NCBI RefSeq assembly: GCF_000009965.1
Contig: NC_006624.1
Span: 1,560,001-1,592,000 of the forward strand
Direction: 5' to 3'
Source: Thermococcus kodakarensis KOD1
GTDB lineage: Archaea > Methanobacteriota_B > Thermococci > Thermococcales > Thermococcaceae
Length of the DNA stretch: 32,000 nucleotides
Shown here one piece after another: positions 1 to 8,400 of the stretch. Both the position numbers and the translations under genes were made by a program. Numbering within the stretch: position 1 is the first letter of the stretch; every line of letters starts with the position of its first letter. The notes under the pieces are model-generated. The model had not been told where the DNA came from and did no database searches. It saw only the letters and a program-made list of their open reading frames with translations.

Positions 1-146
1 GTGCCCGCCTGGGCCATCATGCCCTCTATCGGGTTGCCGGGCATTAACCTTGGGAGCAACCAGTTAAGCGTGACCGCGAACAGGAAGGTTATCAGGTACA
101 CGAAGGTTTTGCGCATGAGGTACTTTCTGAATCCACCAGAGGCCAT
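1..146 (-). CDS. ABC transporter permease (DppB/OppB type), N-terminal fragment; gene continues past the window start
   Basis: Reverse-strand translation from the ATG at 146-144 gives MASGGFRKYLMRKTFVYLITFLFAVTLNWLLPRLMPGNPIEGMMAQAG, a typical N-terminus and TM1 of peptide-family ABC permeases. GGAGGGGA lies 5 nt upstream. The gene sits directly downstream of the binding-protein gene on the same strand. The listed + ORF 1..276 is its antisense shadow. Confidence 0.6.
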   Translation of the reverse strand, partial: MASGGFRKYLMRKTFVYLITFLFAVTLNWLLPRLMPGNPIEGMMAQAG

Positions 147-192
147 GCAACTCCCCTCCATCGGTCGAGAGACAATAAAAATGAGGAAAGAC

Positions 193-2073
193 TCAGCGGC
201 GTCTCCTCAGCAGCAACGGAATCACGGCCAGTCCCACCACGACCGCTGGGCCGCAGATGCCGCCGCCGTTGCTTGAGGATGTGGTGGAGCCCGAACCGGT
301 GTTGGTCTTTTCGGATGTTGGGGTTTTGCTGGTGGTTGTCTCACTGGTCGTGGTTGTAGTTGTCGAAACCTCCTGAGCATTGGCGGGCTTGACGCCGAGG
401 AGCGCAAGGGCGGTACCCCATGTGCCGTAGTTAGTCCAGAAGATCGGAACGCCGTAGGGGTTCTTCTCGTTCGGCCAGTTGATCCAGTACTCGGTGTTGG
501 CCTCGTAGAAGAGCGTTGCCATGTAAACGGGAACCGCAGGAACGTCCTGGAGCCATATCTGGCAGAGCTGCTTTATGTACTGGGCCTCCTTGTTCTCATC
601 CACGGTCTTTCCGAACTCCGCTAGAATCTGATCGACCTGTGGGTTCTCGTACTTTCCGTAGTTTGCACCGCCGTCCTTTGAGAGGAGCATGTTGAACACG
701 GCGTAGGCGCTCGGCTGGAAGGTGCCTGACCAGTGGAGCGCAAGGTCGAAGTCACCGTTCTGGAGGCTCTTAACGAAGAAGTTAGTCCAGTCTCCCTTCT
801 CTATCTCGACTTCAATCCCCACGGCCTTGAGCTGGTTGGCTATTATCTCACCCGCCTGGAGCCAGTCGTTACAACCTGCACAGGTGACAAATTTGAGCTT
901 GAGCGGCTTGCCGTTGTACTCCCTTATTCCATCGCCGTCGGTGTCCTTGACACCAGCCTCATCGAGGAGCTTTATCGCCCCGGCAACATCACCGTACTTC
1001 CATCCGTACTGACTGATGAGACCGTCGATACCAACCTTATCGCCCCATTTCTTGAGGAGACCGGGGCCGAAGGGAACCTCCTTCGGAAGGTCGCTTATCG
1101 GACCCTGGTTGACGATCTGATATGGGTTGATGGCCATCGCTATTGCCCTTCTAACCTTCGGGTTGTCGAGCGGAGCGTGCTTGGTGTTGAAGTACAGGAG
1201 AACGGGGGCAACGGGCGGGAAGTAGGGGTACTTGTCGAGCCAGCTCACGAGCTTGGGGTTCTTCTGCTTGGCCGAGACTATGTCGATGTAGTATGTACCG
1301 ACGTCGAGGTCACCCTTGATGAACATGTTCGCTGCCTGGTTGTTGTCGGTGACGTAGAGCTGGACGATGTACTTCGGTCCGGGCTTTCCAAATACCTTAA
1401 CACCCCACCAGTCGTCGTTCCTCTCGAGGATGGCCTTCTCCTGGCCGACTACCTCCTTGAGCTTGTAGGCACCAGAACCGACGAGGTACTTCATCTCATC
1501 GCCGGTGAAGGTCATCTTGGGTATGTCCTCGGGGTTAATGTTCTCGAAAACGTGCTTCGGGACTATGAGTGCACCCTGTCCCCAGCCGAAGAACATCTGA
1601 AGCTGCCAGAGCTGGTAGTTAGGGGTTCCGTCGAAGATGAACTGAACCGTCCTGTCATCAACGACCTTTATCTCCTTGAGGCCAAGGTCGCCCCAGTTCC
1701 TAAGGCCGATCTTCTCATAGTATTCATAGGAGAACTTGACGTCTTCAGCAGTTAGGGGTTCGCCGTCCTGCCACTTCAGACCCGACCTAAGTTTAACCTC
1801 AAAGACGTTGTCGCCAACCCACTTGCCGCTTTCGGCAAGCCACGGCTTGAGCTCGCCCGTCATGAAGTTGAACATGAAAAGTGGCTCGAAGACGAGGCCG
1901 TCTATTCCAAGAACCGAACCTCCAGTGAAGGGGTTGGCGTTCGTTGGGGGTGCACTGTTGGCAGTGTAGAGGGTCTCGTTCCTCGGCAGGCTCTCTGCGG
2001 CCAGACCGTACCCAGCCTCGAAGAGGCCGAGAATGAAAATCGCCACAAGGGCAACCGCGGTAGCTTTCTTCAT
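193..2073 (-). CDS. ABC transporter solute-binding protein (family 5, peptide/oligosaccharide type), probably chito-oligosaccharide receptor, with Ser/Thr linker and CGP-CTERM anchor
   Basis: The 630-aa ORF is trimmed to the ATG at 2073 (MKKATAVALVAIFILGLF signal peptide, GGTGGTG just upstream). Length and composition fit family-5 binding proteins. The C-terminus is TTTTTTSETTTSKTPTSEKTNTGSGSTTSSSNGGGICGPAVVVGLAVIPLLLRRRR. The substrate assignment rests only on the chitin-gene neighbourhood. Confidence 0.85.
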   Translation of the reverse strand: MKKATAVALVAIFILGLFEAGYGLAAESLPRNETLYTANSAPPTNANPFTGGSVLGIDGLVFEPLFMFNFMTGELKPWLAESGKWVGDNVFEVKLRSGLKWQDGEPLTAEDVKFSYEYYEKIGLRNWGDLGLKEIKVVDDRTVQFIFDGTPNYQLWQLQMFFGWGQGALIVPKHVFENINPEDIPKMTFTGDEMKYLVGSGAYKLKEVVGQEKAILERNDDWWGVKVFGKPGPKYIVQLYVTDNNQAANMFIKGDLDVGTYYIDIVSAKQKNPKLVSWLDKYPYFPPVAPVLLYFNTKHAPLDNPKVRRAIAMAINPYQIVNQGPISDLPKEVPFGPGLLKKWGDKVGIDGLISQYGWKYGDVAGAIKLLDEAGVKDTDGDGIREYNGKPLKLKFVTCAGCNDWLQAGEIIANQLKAVGIEVEIEKGDWTNFFVKSLQNGDFDLALHWSGTFQPSAYAVFNMLLSKDGGANYGKYENPQVDQILAEFGKTVDENKEAQYIKQLCQIWLQDVPAVPVYMATLFYEANTEYWINWPNEKNPYGVPIFWTNYGTWGTALALLGVKPANAQEVSTTTTTTSETTTSKTPTSEKTNTGSGSTTSSSNGGGICGPAVVVGLAVIPLLLRRRR

Positions 2074-2108
2074 GGACACCACCACTTATAAGGTTGGTCA
2101 ATTTTATA

Positions 2109-2149
2109 TTTTTGGACATCTATATAAACTTATCTATTTTTGGGCATCT
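2109..2149. repeat. Direct repeat TTTTTGGACATCT / TTTTTGGGCATCT (28-bp spacing) in the binding-protein/GH1 divergent spacer
   Basis: Positions 2109-2121 and 2137-2149 are identical at 12 of 13 positions. A third TGGACA core lies at 2161-2166. Confidence 0.5.
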
Positions 2150-2307
2150 TAGCAATTATGTGGACAAAGCGCCAAGAAGTGGAGGGACGCCCACTATGAG
2201 CATTGCAATACTGATCCGTCCAGAAATACCAAGAGCTGTCAGATCCTACATATTGCGGTTACGAAAATTATAAAAGATGCCATGATTATAACCATTCAGG
2301 TGGAAGT

Positions 2308-3762
2308 ATGAGGGAGTTTGCATGGGGCGTTGTCCAGTCGGCGTTTCAGTTTGAGATGGGAGATCCATTGAGGAGGTTTATAGACACTCGGACGGACTGG
2401 TGGCACTGGGTCCGCGATCCGCTCAACATAAAGAACGACCTCGTGAGCGGGCACCTGCCCGAGGACGGCATAAACAACTACGGCCTCTATGAGATAGACC
2501 ATCAGCTTGCAAAGGATATGGGACTGAACGCCTATCAGATAACGGTTGAGTGGAGCAGAATCTTTCCGTGTCCGACTTATGGAGTTGAAGTGGACTTCGA
2601 GAGGGACTCATACGGACTCATAAAAAGAGTGAAGATCACAAAGGAAACCCTCCACGAGCTTGAGGAAATCGCGAACGCAAAGGAAGTCGAGCACTACAGA
2701 GAGGTTCTCAAAAACCTAAAGGAACTCGGCTTTTCAACTTTCGTAACCCTAAACCACCAGACGCAGCCGATATGGCTCCACGATCCAATCCATGTGAGGG
2801 AAAACTTTGAAAAAGCAAGGGCTAAGGGATGGGTCGACGAGAGGGCCATCCTTGAGTTCGCCAAGTTCGCCGCTTTTGTTGCCTGGAAGCTTGGGGATCT
2901 AGTCGACTTCTGGGCAACCTTCGACGAGCCAATGGTTACGGTTGAGCTTGGCTACCTCGCTCCCTACGTCGGATGGCCGCCGGGGATACTTAACCCGAAG
3001 GCAGCTAAAGCAGTTATCATCAACCAGCTCGTTGGACACGCAAGGGCCTACGAGGCAGTTAAAACCTTCTCAGACAAGCCCGTCGGAATAATACTCAACA
3101 TAATCCCCGCTTACCCCCGCGACCCCAACGACCCTAAGGACGTTAAGGCAACGGAGAACTACGATCTCTTCCACAACAGGATATTCCTCGATGGAGTCAA
3201 CGAAGGGAAGGTTGATCTTGATTTCGATGGGAACTATGTCAAAATCGATCACTTGAAGAGAAACGACTGGATCGGCAACAACTACTACACCAGGGAGGTC
3301 ATTAGGTACACGGAACCCAAATACGAGGAGCTCCCGATAATAAACTTCGTGGGGACCGAAGGGTACGGTTACTCCTCGGAGCCTAACAGCGTCTCGAAGG
3401 ACAACAACCCCACGAGCGACTTTGGCTGGGAGTGCTTCCCGCAAGGAATGTACGATTCGATAATGATAGGAAACGAATACAGGAAGCCGATATACATAAC
3501 GGAGAACGGCATAGCCGATTCGAGAGATCTCCTAAGGCCGAGATATATAAAGGAGCATGTGGAGAAGATGTTCGAAGCAATTCAGGCTGGGGCCGATGTG
3601 AGGGGATACTTCCACTGGGCCCTGACCGACAACTACGAGTGGGCAATGGGTTTTAAAATCAAGTTCGGCCTCTATGAGGTTGATCCAATAAGCAAGCAGA
3701 GAATACCCCGCCCCAGAAGCGTGGAAACATACAAAAAGATAGTGCGGGAGGGATTACCTTGA
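2308..3762 (+). CDS. GH1 beta-glycosidase (BmnA-like active-site variant)
   Basis: 484 aa. GH1 hallmarks are present: N-terminal WGVVQSAFQFEMG, acid/base region TFDEP (E207) and nucleophile motif YITENGIAD. AGGTGG lies 5 nt upstream of the ATG, and a proximal TATA (AAATTATAAAAG) sits near 2264-2275. Confidence 0.9.
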   Translation: MREFAWGVVQSAFQFEMGDPLRRFIDTRTDWWHWVRDPLNIKNDLVSGHLPEDGINNYGLYEIDHQLAKDMGLNAYQITVEWSRIFPCPTYGVEVDFERDSYGLIKRVKITKETLHELEEIANAKEVEHYREVLKNLKELGFSTFVTLNHQTQPIWLHDPIHVRENFEKARAKGWVDERAILEFAKFAAFVAWKLGDLVDFWATFDEPMVTVELGYLAPYVGWPPGILNPKAAKAVIINQLVGHARAYEAVKTFSDKPVGIILNIIPAYPRDPNDPKDVKATENYDLFHNRIFLDGVNEGKVDLDFDGNYVKIDHLKRNDWIGNNYYTREVIRYTEPKYEELPIINFVGTEGYGYSSEPNSVSKDNNPTSDFGWECFPQGMYDSIMIGNEYRKPIYITENGIADSRDLLRPRYIKEHVEKMFEAIQAGADVRGYFHWALTDNYEWAMGFKIKFGLYEVDPISKQRIPRPRSVETYKKIVREGLP

Positions 3763-3968
3763 AGACCATCGCCGTTGACGAGAACACCTGGAAGAAGATA
3801 AAGCTCCTGAAGGACAAGCTCGACGCCAAGTCCTACGACGAGGTTCTCCAAAGGCTCATAGAGACCTGGCATCTAGTTGAGCTCGACAAAAAGGTCGAGA
3901 AGATCATAGTTGAAGACGACGAGGCAGATGTACTCCTGAGGGTCATCAAGGAGAGGGATAAGAAATGA
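3759..3968 (+). CDS. vapB: VapB-type antitoxin-like small protein
   Basis: 69 aa, MKTIAVDENTWKKIKLLKDKLDAKSYDEVLQRLIE. As I remember it, this resembles the small archaeal putative-antitoxin family. The TTG start overlaps the GH1 stop (cctTGA/TTGa) and GGGAGGG lies 6 nt upstream. Its stop overlaps the start of the PIN gene (ATGA). Confidence 0.6.
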   Translation: MKTIAVDENTWKKIKLLKDKLDAKSYDEVLQRLIETWHLVELDKKVEKIIVEDDEADVLLRVIKERDKK

Positions 3969-4414
3969 CCCTGCCCGACAGCATACTCTTCGATGCGACG
4001 GCACTGATAAAAATGCATACAGCTAGCAGGAGGCGGCTTTTGGAGGTCACGCTGGCAAAGTTCAACGTCTTCGTTCCGATAATCTCAGTTTACAAGTACT
4101 TAGTCTCCAAAGCCTACATAAACCGCAACGTTGAGGACGAGTTCAGAATCCTCAACGAAATATACACAATCCTCCCCCTCACGGAGGAGATAGTACTCCA
4201 CGGGGCAAAGATCGAGGCAAAGCTCCTCAAAAAGGGCCTAAGGCTGGACGTTGACGACATCCTCACAGGGACGTTTGCCATAAAGCACAGGATGCTGTTA
4301 GTGACGGCGGATCCAGAGAGGTACAGGGCGTTGACCGAGTTTGGACTGGACGTTATGGAGCTCGACCACTTCCTAAGAGAGGTGGAGAGGATAGTGGCCT
4401 CCAGCCTGTCTTAG
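3965..4414 (+). CDS. vapC: PIN-domain ribonuclease toxin (VapC-like)
   Basis: 149 aa. It has an N-terminal acidic residue in the LFDATALI context, further acidic positions (LTEEIV, LLVTADPERY) and a size typical of PIN domains. It is coupled to the upstream antitoxin-like ORF by a 4-nt overlap. Confidence 0.7.
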   Translation: MTLPDSILFDATALIKMHTASRRRLLEVTLAKFNVFVPIISVYKYLVSKAYINRNVEDEFRILNEIYTILPLTEEIVLHGAKIEAKLLKKGLRLDVDDILTGTFAIKHRMLLVTADPERYRALTEFGLDVMELDHFLREVERIVASSLS

Positions 4415-4435
4415 GACCGAAGGCCGCCAGAAACA

Positions 4436-5239
4436 TCAGATAACGTGCGCGAACGGACATATGTGCAGGAAGATGCCAGGAACGAACCTTATTCCTTCTG
4501 CATACCTGTGTCCACTCATTTTTCCATAGTACAAAGCTATCGTTCTCAAGTAGGGCTCCCAAAGCTCCCACACATCCTCCGGGAACTGGCTCTCGTGTGT
4601 CCTAACGGCCCTGAGCTTAACCTCCATGACATCACTTATATCAACGAAGTAGTTGGGTTTGTGGGTGTAGTAGAAGCCAACGGCCTGTATGCTGTGGGGG
4701 TCAAGACCCGCGATTAAGTCGGAGCGGTTGAAGTTCGGAAGGCCCGCGAAGCTGACAGCTTCAATTCCGAGAAAACCTGCATGCCTGTGATCAGGGTGGC
4801 CCTCGTAGGGAAGCCACGGGTCTGGCATCAAAACGATCCCGGGCCTTTCCTTTCTTATCACGGTAACTATCTCCTTTCTGACCTCCCGCGTGTAGGGAAG
4901 CTCCGTGTCGCCAAAGTCAAGGGCATGTATCTTCTTAACTCCAAGGATCTCGGCGCTTCTCTTCTCTTCCTCAAGTCTCCTAAGGGCCAGCTCGTGCCCG
5001 GAGACTTCTCCATCGGTTGTTCCCATTGAGCCGTCTGTGAGGAGGAGATAGACGACATCTATTCCCGAATCGGTGAGCTTCTTTATCGTGCCGCCGAGTC
5101 CGATGGCACAGTCGTCCGGATGCGGCTCTATGCAGAGGACTTTTTTCACGTCATTAAAGGGCTCGTTGATCTTGAAGTCGAGTTTGCTCAGCAGAGCAGA
5201 GAAAGCTTCGTCAAAATTGTTGAACTCCTCAAACACCAT
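4436..5239 (-). CDS. dac: Diacetylchitobiose deacetylase (LmbE/PIG-L family)
   Basis: The ORF is trimmed to the ATG at 5239 (MVFEEFNNFDE, GGGGTG upstream), giving 267 aa. The PIG-L zinc motif EPHPDDCAIGLGG and downstream HPDH are present. It is divergent from chiA. Confidence 0.85.
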   Translation of the reverse strand: MVFEEFNNFDEAFSALLSKLDFKINEPFNDVKKVLCIEPHPDDCAIGLGGTIKKLTDSGIDVVYLLLTDGSMGTTDGEVSGHELALRRLEEEKRSAEILGVKKIHALDFGDTELPYTREVRKEIVTVIRKERPGIVLMPDPWLPYEGHPDHRHAGFLGIEAVSFAGLPNFNRSDLIAGLDPHSIQAVGFYYTHKPNYFVDISDVMEVKLRAVRTHESQFPEDVWELWEPYLRTIALYYGKMSGHRYAEGIRFVPGIFLHICPFAHVI

Positions 5240-5481
5240 AACCGACACCCCACACTCCAGAGCCTCGGGTTTTATATAATTTCATGATTTTATAACCTTT
5301 TTGGAGTGTTAAATATGCCGCTGTTTGGCCCCAATTCTGACGCCATAAAGGCTATCTAAGCCGGGATATCGATAATATATAAAATGCCATAAATGTAATT
5401 TTGAAAACATTTATAAGCATGGAAGTTCATGTAAAATATGCAACATCTCCCAAAACATTCAAAGCTCAAGGGGTGTTGTGT

Positions 5482-8400
5482 GTGAAGAAGATTTGGACTT
5501 CAATAGTTTTGACCGCAGTGCTCCTGCTGTCCCTGGTCCAGGTGGGCACTTTCCCCTGGGCTTCAGCGGCGGAGAGCGTAAGCCTGAGCGGGAGCGCTAT
5601 AGCATGGGACGTTGTGAACCTGACTTGGAGCCCGTACAGCAGCGCCAAGGCGTACGAGGTGTACAGGAGCACGGATCCCTCCAACCTGTTCTCACCGAAC
5701 AACCTGCTGGTGGTCGTTAACTGGAGCAGCTATCCGAAATATGAGCCAGGGAAGACATACAACCAGGGCGATGTCGTTGAGTACAACGGGAAGATATGGC
5801 GCGTTAAGTACTGGACCCAGAGCGTTCCAGGAAGCGACGACTCCTGGGAGCTCGTAGGGGATGTTGTCCCAACCACAAGCTACCTCGACCAGTATCACCT
5901 GAAGGCAAACACAACCTACTACTACGGGGTCGTCCCGGTTCTCGCCGATGGAAGCAGGGGAAGTCCCTCGAACGTCCTCGCCATAACGACTCCCCTCGAA
6001 CCTTACAGGGTCATAGTCTACTACATCTCCTGGGGAAGGTACGCGAGGAAGTTCTACGTGAGCGACATCCCCTGGGAGAAGGTTACCCACGTCAACTACG
6101 CCTTCCTCGACCTCAAGGAGGATGGAACCGTTGCCTTCTACGATACCTACGCTGATCCTCTCAACCTCGAGGCCATGAAGGAGTACAAAAGGAAGTATCC
6201 AGCCGTCAAGGTTCTCATCTCAGTCGGCGGATGGACTCTCAGCAAGTACTTCTCGGTGGTCGCCGCAGACCCGGCCAAGAGACAGCGCTTCGCCGAGACT
6301 GCCATAGAGATCCTCAGAAAGTACAACCTCGACGGAATTGATATCGACTGGGAGTACCCGGGCGGCGGAGGTATGGCGGGCAACTACGAGAGTCCCGACG
6401 ACGGTAAGAACTTCGTTCTTCTCCTCAAGGATTTGAGGGAGGCCCTCGACAAGGCCGCAAAAGAGGACCACAAGGACTACCTCCTAACGGCCGCAACGCC
6501 GGCCGATCCGGTTAAGGCTGGCAGGATAGATTGGGTGGAGGCGAGCAAGTACCTCGATTCAATCAACATCATGACCTACGACTACCACGGCGCCTGGGAG
6601 ACCATAACCGGCCACCTTGCCCCGCTCTACTGCGATCCAAACGCGCCATACACCGATGAGAACGTCAAGTACCACTTCTGCGTCAACTACACCGTCCAGT
6701 GGTACATCCAGCACGTTCCCGATAAGACCAAGATAACCGTCGGCCTGCCCTTCTACAGCAGGAGCTTTGCCAACGTCCCGCCCGAGAACAACGGCCTCTA
6801 CCAGCCCTTCAGCGGCACCCCAGCTGGAACCTGGGGACCGGCCTACGAGACCTACGGAGTTATGGACTACTGGGACGTTGCCGAGAAGAACCAGAGCAGC
6901 GAGTACGAGTACCACTGGGATCCGATAGCCCAGGTGGCCTGGCTCTACTCCCCGAGCAAGAGGATATTCATAACCTTCGACGATCCCAGGGCGATCGGGA
7001 TAAAGGTTGACTACATGCTGAAGAACGGCCTCGGCGGAGTGATGATATGGGAGATCACAGCTGACAGGAAGCCCGGGACCAACGACCACCCGCTTCTCGA
7101 TACTGTTCTCCAGCACCTCGGCGAGAAGCCGCCGGCGTGGATTCCGGACACCTACTACATCGGCTCGAACATCCCGAGCAACATAACCGTTCCAGAGCCG
7201 ACGCCACTGCCGCCGAGCAACGAGACAACCCCTGAGGACAATCAGACCAATCCAAACCCATCACAGGGAAATGAAACCAATCCAAACCCGTCACCTGGAA
7301 ACGAGACCACACCCTCGGACAACCAGACGACTCCATCCACCGGGGATTTTGTCAAGCCGGGTTCTTTGAGCGTCAAGGTAACCGACTGGGGCAACACTGA
7401 ATACGATGTCACCCTCAACCTCGGTGGAACCTATGACTGGGTCGTCAAGGTCAAACTCAAGGACGGTTCAAGCGTATCGAGCTTCTGGAGCGCGAACAAG
7501 GCCGAGGAAGGCGGTTACGTCGTCTTCACGCCGGTGAGCTGGAACAGGGGGCCGACGGCAACGTTCGGATTCATCGCCACTGGAAGCGAGTCCGTTGAAG
7601 CGATTTACCTCTACGTAGACGGCCAGCTCTGGGATGCCTGGCCCTCAAACACCCAACAACCGGAGGAAAACCAGACAGTCCCAAGCCCGTCACCTGGCAA
7701 CGAGACGACTCCCACACCCTCCCCCGGAAACGAGACCGCACCCTCAGAGAACCAGACAACTCCGTCCACGGGAGATCTAGTCAAGCCGGATGCATTCAGC
7801 GTTAAAATCCAGGACTGGGGAAGCACGGAGTACGATGTAACCCTGAACCTCGGTGGAACTTACGACTGGGTCGTTAAAGTCAAGCTCAAGGACGGATCAG
7901 CCGTCTCAAGCGTCTGGAGCGCTAACAAGGCCGAGGAAGGTGGTTACGTAGTCTTCACTCCCGTAAGCTGGAACAAGGGACCGACGGCAACCTTCGGCTT
8001 CATCGCCACTGGCAGCGAGCCCGTTGAGGCCATGTACCTCTACGTAAACGATCAGCTCTGGGACGTCTGGCCAGAAACCGCATCAGCCCCGGGCAACGAG
8101 AGTACTCCATCCGACAACCAGACCAATCCGAATCCATCACCGGGCAACGAAACCAATCCAAATCCCAGCCCAGGAAACGAGACGGGCCCGTACGTTCCAG
8201 CAGGCCCAGGTCTTCCCGAGCACTTCTTCGCCCCATACATCGACATGAGCCTCGGCATACACAAGCCGCTCGTTGAGTACTACAACCTCACGGGAACACC
8301 GTACTTCACACTCGCCTTCGTCCTCTACAGTTCAGTCTACAACGGGCCGGCCTGGGCTGGAAGCATTCCCTTGGATGCCTTCGTTGATGAGGTAAAAGGG

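Noticed and set aside
733-1755. Long + strand ORF (340 aa) antisense to the binding-protein gene. Similar long antisense ORFs lie at 6559-7116, 8332-8985, 9148-9702, 11401-11976, 12412-12960, 19034-19660, 22603-23163 and 23990-24556.
   Set aside because: Each lies wholly inside a strongly supported gene on the other strand. Their low-complexity Val/Leu/Glu/Arg-rich translations show no motifs, start context or ribosome-binding site. They are typical shadow ORFs of moderately GC-rich coding DNA.
2150-2300. Possible C/D-box or other small RNA in the long binding-protein/GH1 spacer.
   Set aside because: I found no canonical RUGAUGA/CUGA box pairs with terminal stem on either strand. The only feature is a weak 5-bp hairpin (AGTGG...CCACT at about 2179-2195).
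5314-5358. Micro-ORFs downstream of the distal promoter-like modules: MPLFGPNSDAIKAI at 5314-5358 and MWTKRQEVEGRPL at 2158-2199.
   Set aside because: They are very short, show no similarity to each other and have no ribosome-binding site. They are expected by chance in A/T-rich spacers.
5401-5481. 27-codon N-terminal extension of chiA from a TTG at 5401.
   Set aside because: The extension covers A/T-rich promoter-like DNA and is not signal-peptide-like. The GTG at 5482 has a ribosome-binding site, begins a canonical signal peptide and yields 1215 aa.
7240-8190. Regularly spaced short repeats (NPNPSPGNET-coding units) considered as a CRISPR-like or satellite array.
   Set aside because: They are in frame inside chiA, encode Pro/Thr/Asn linkers and are separated by protein domains, not spacers.
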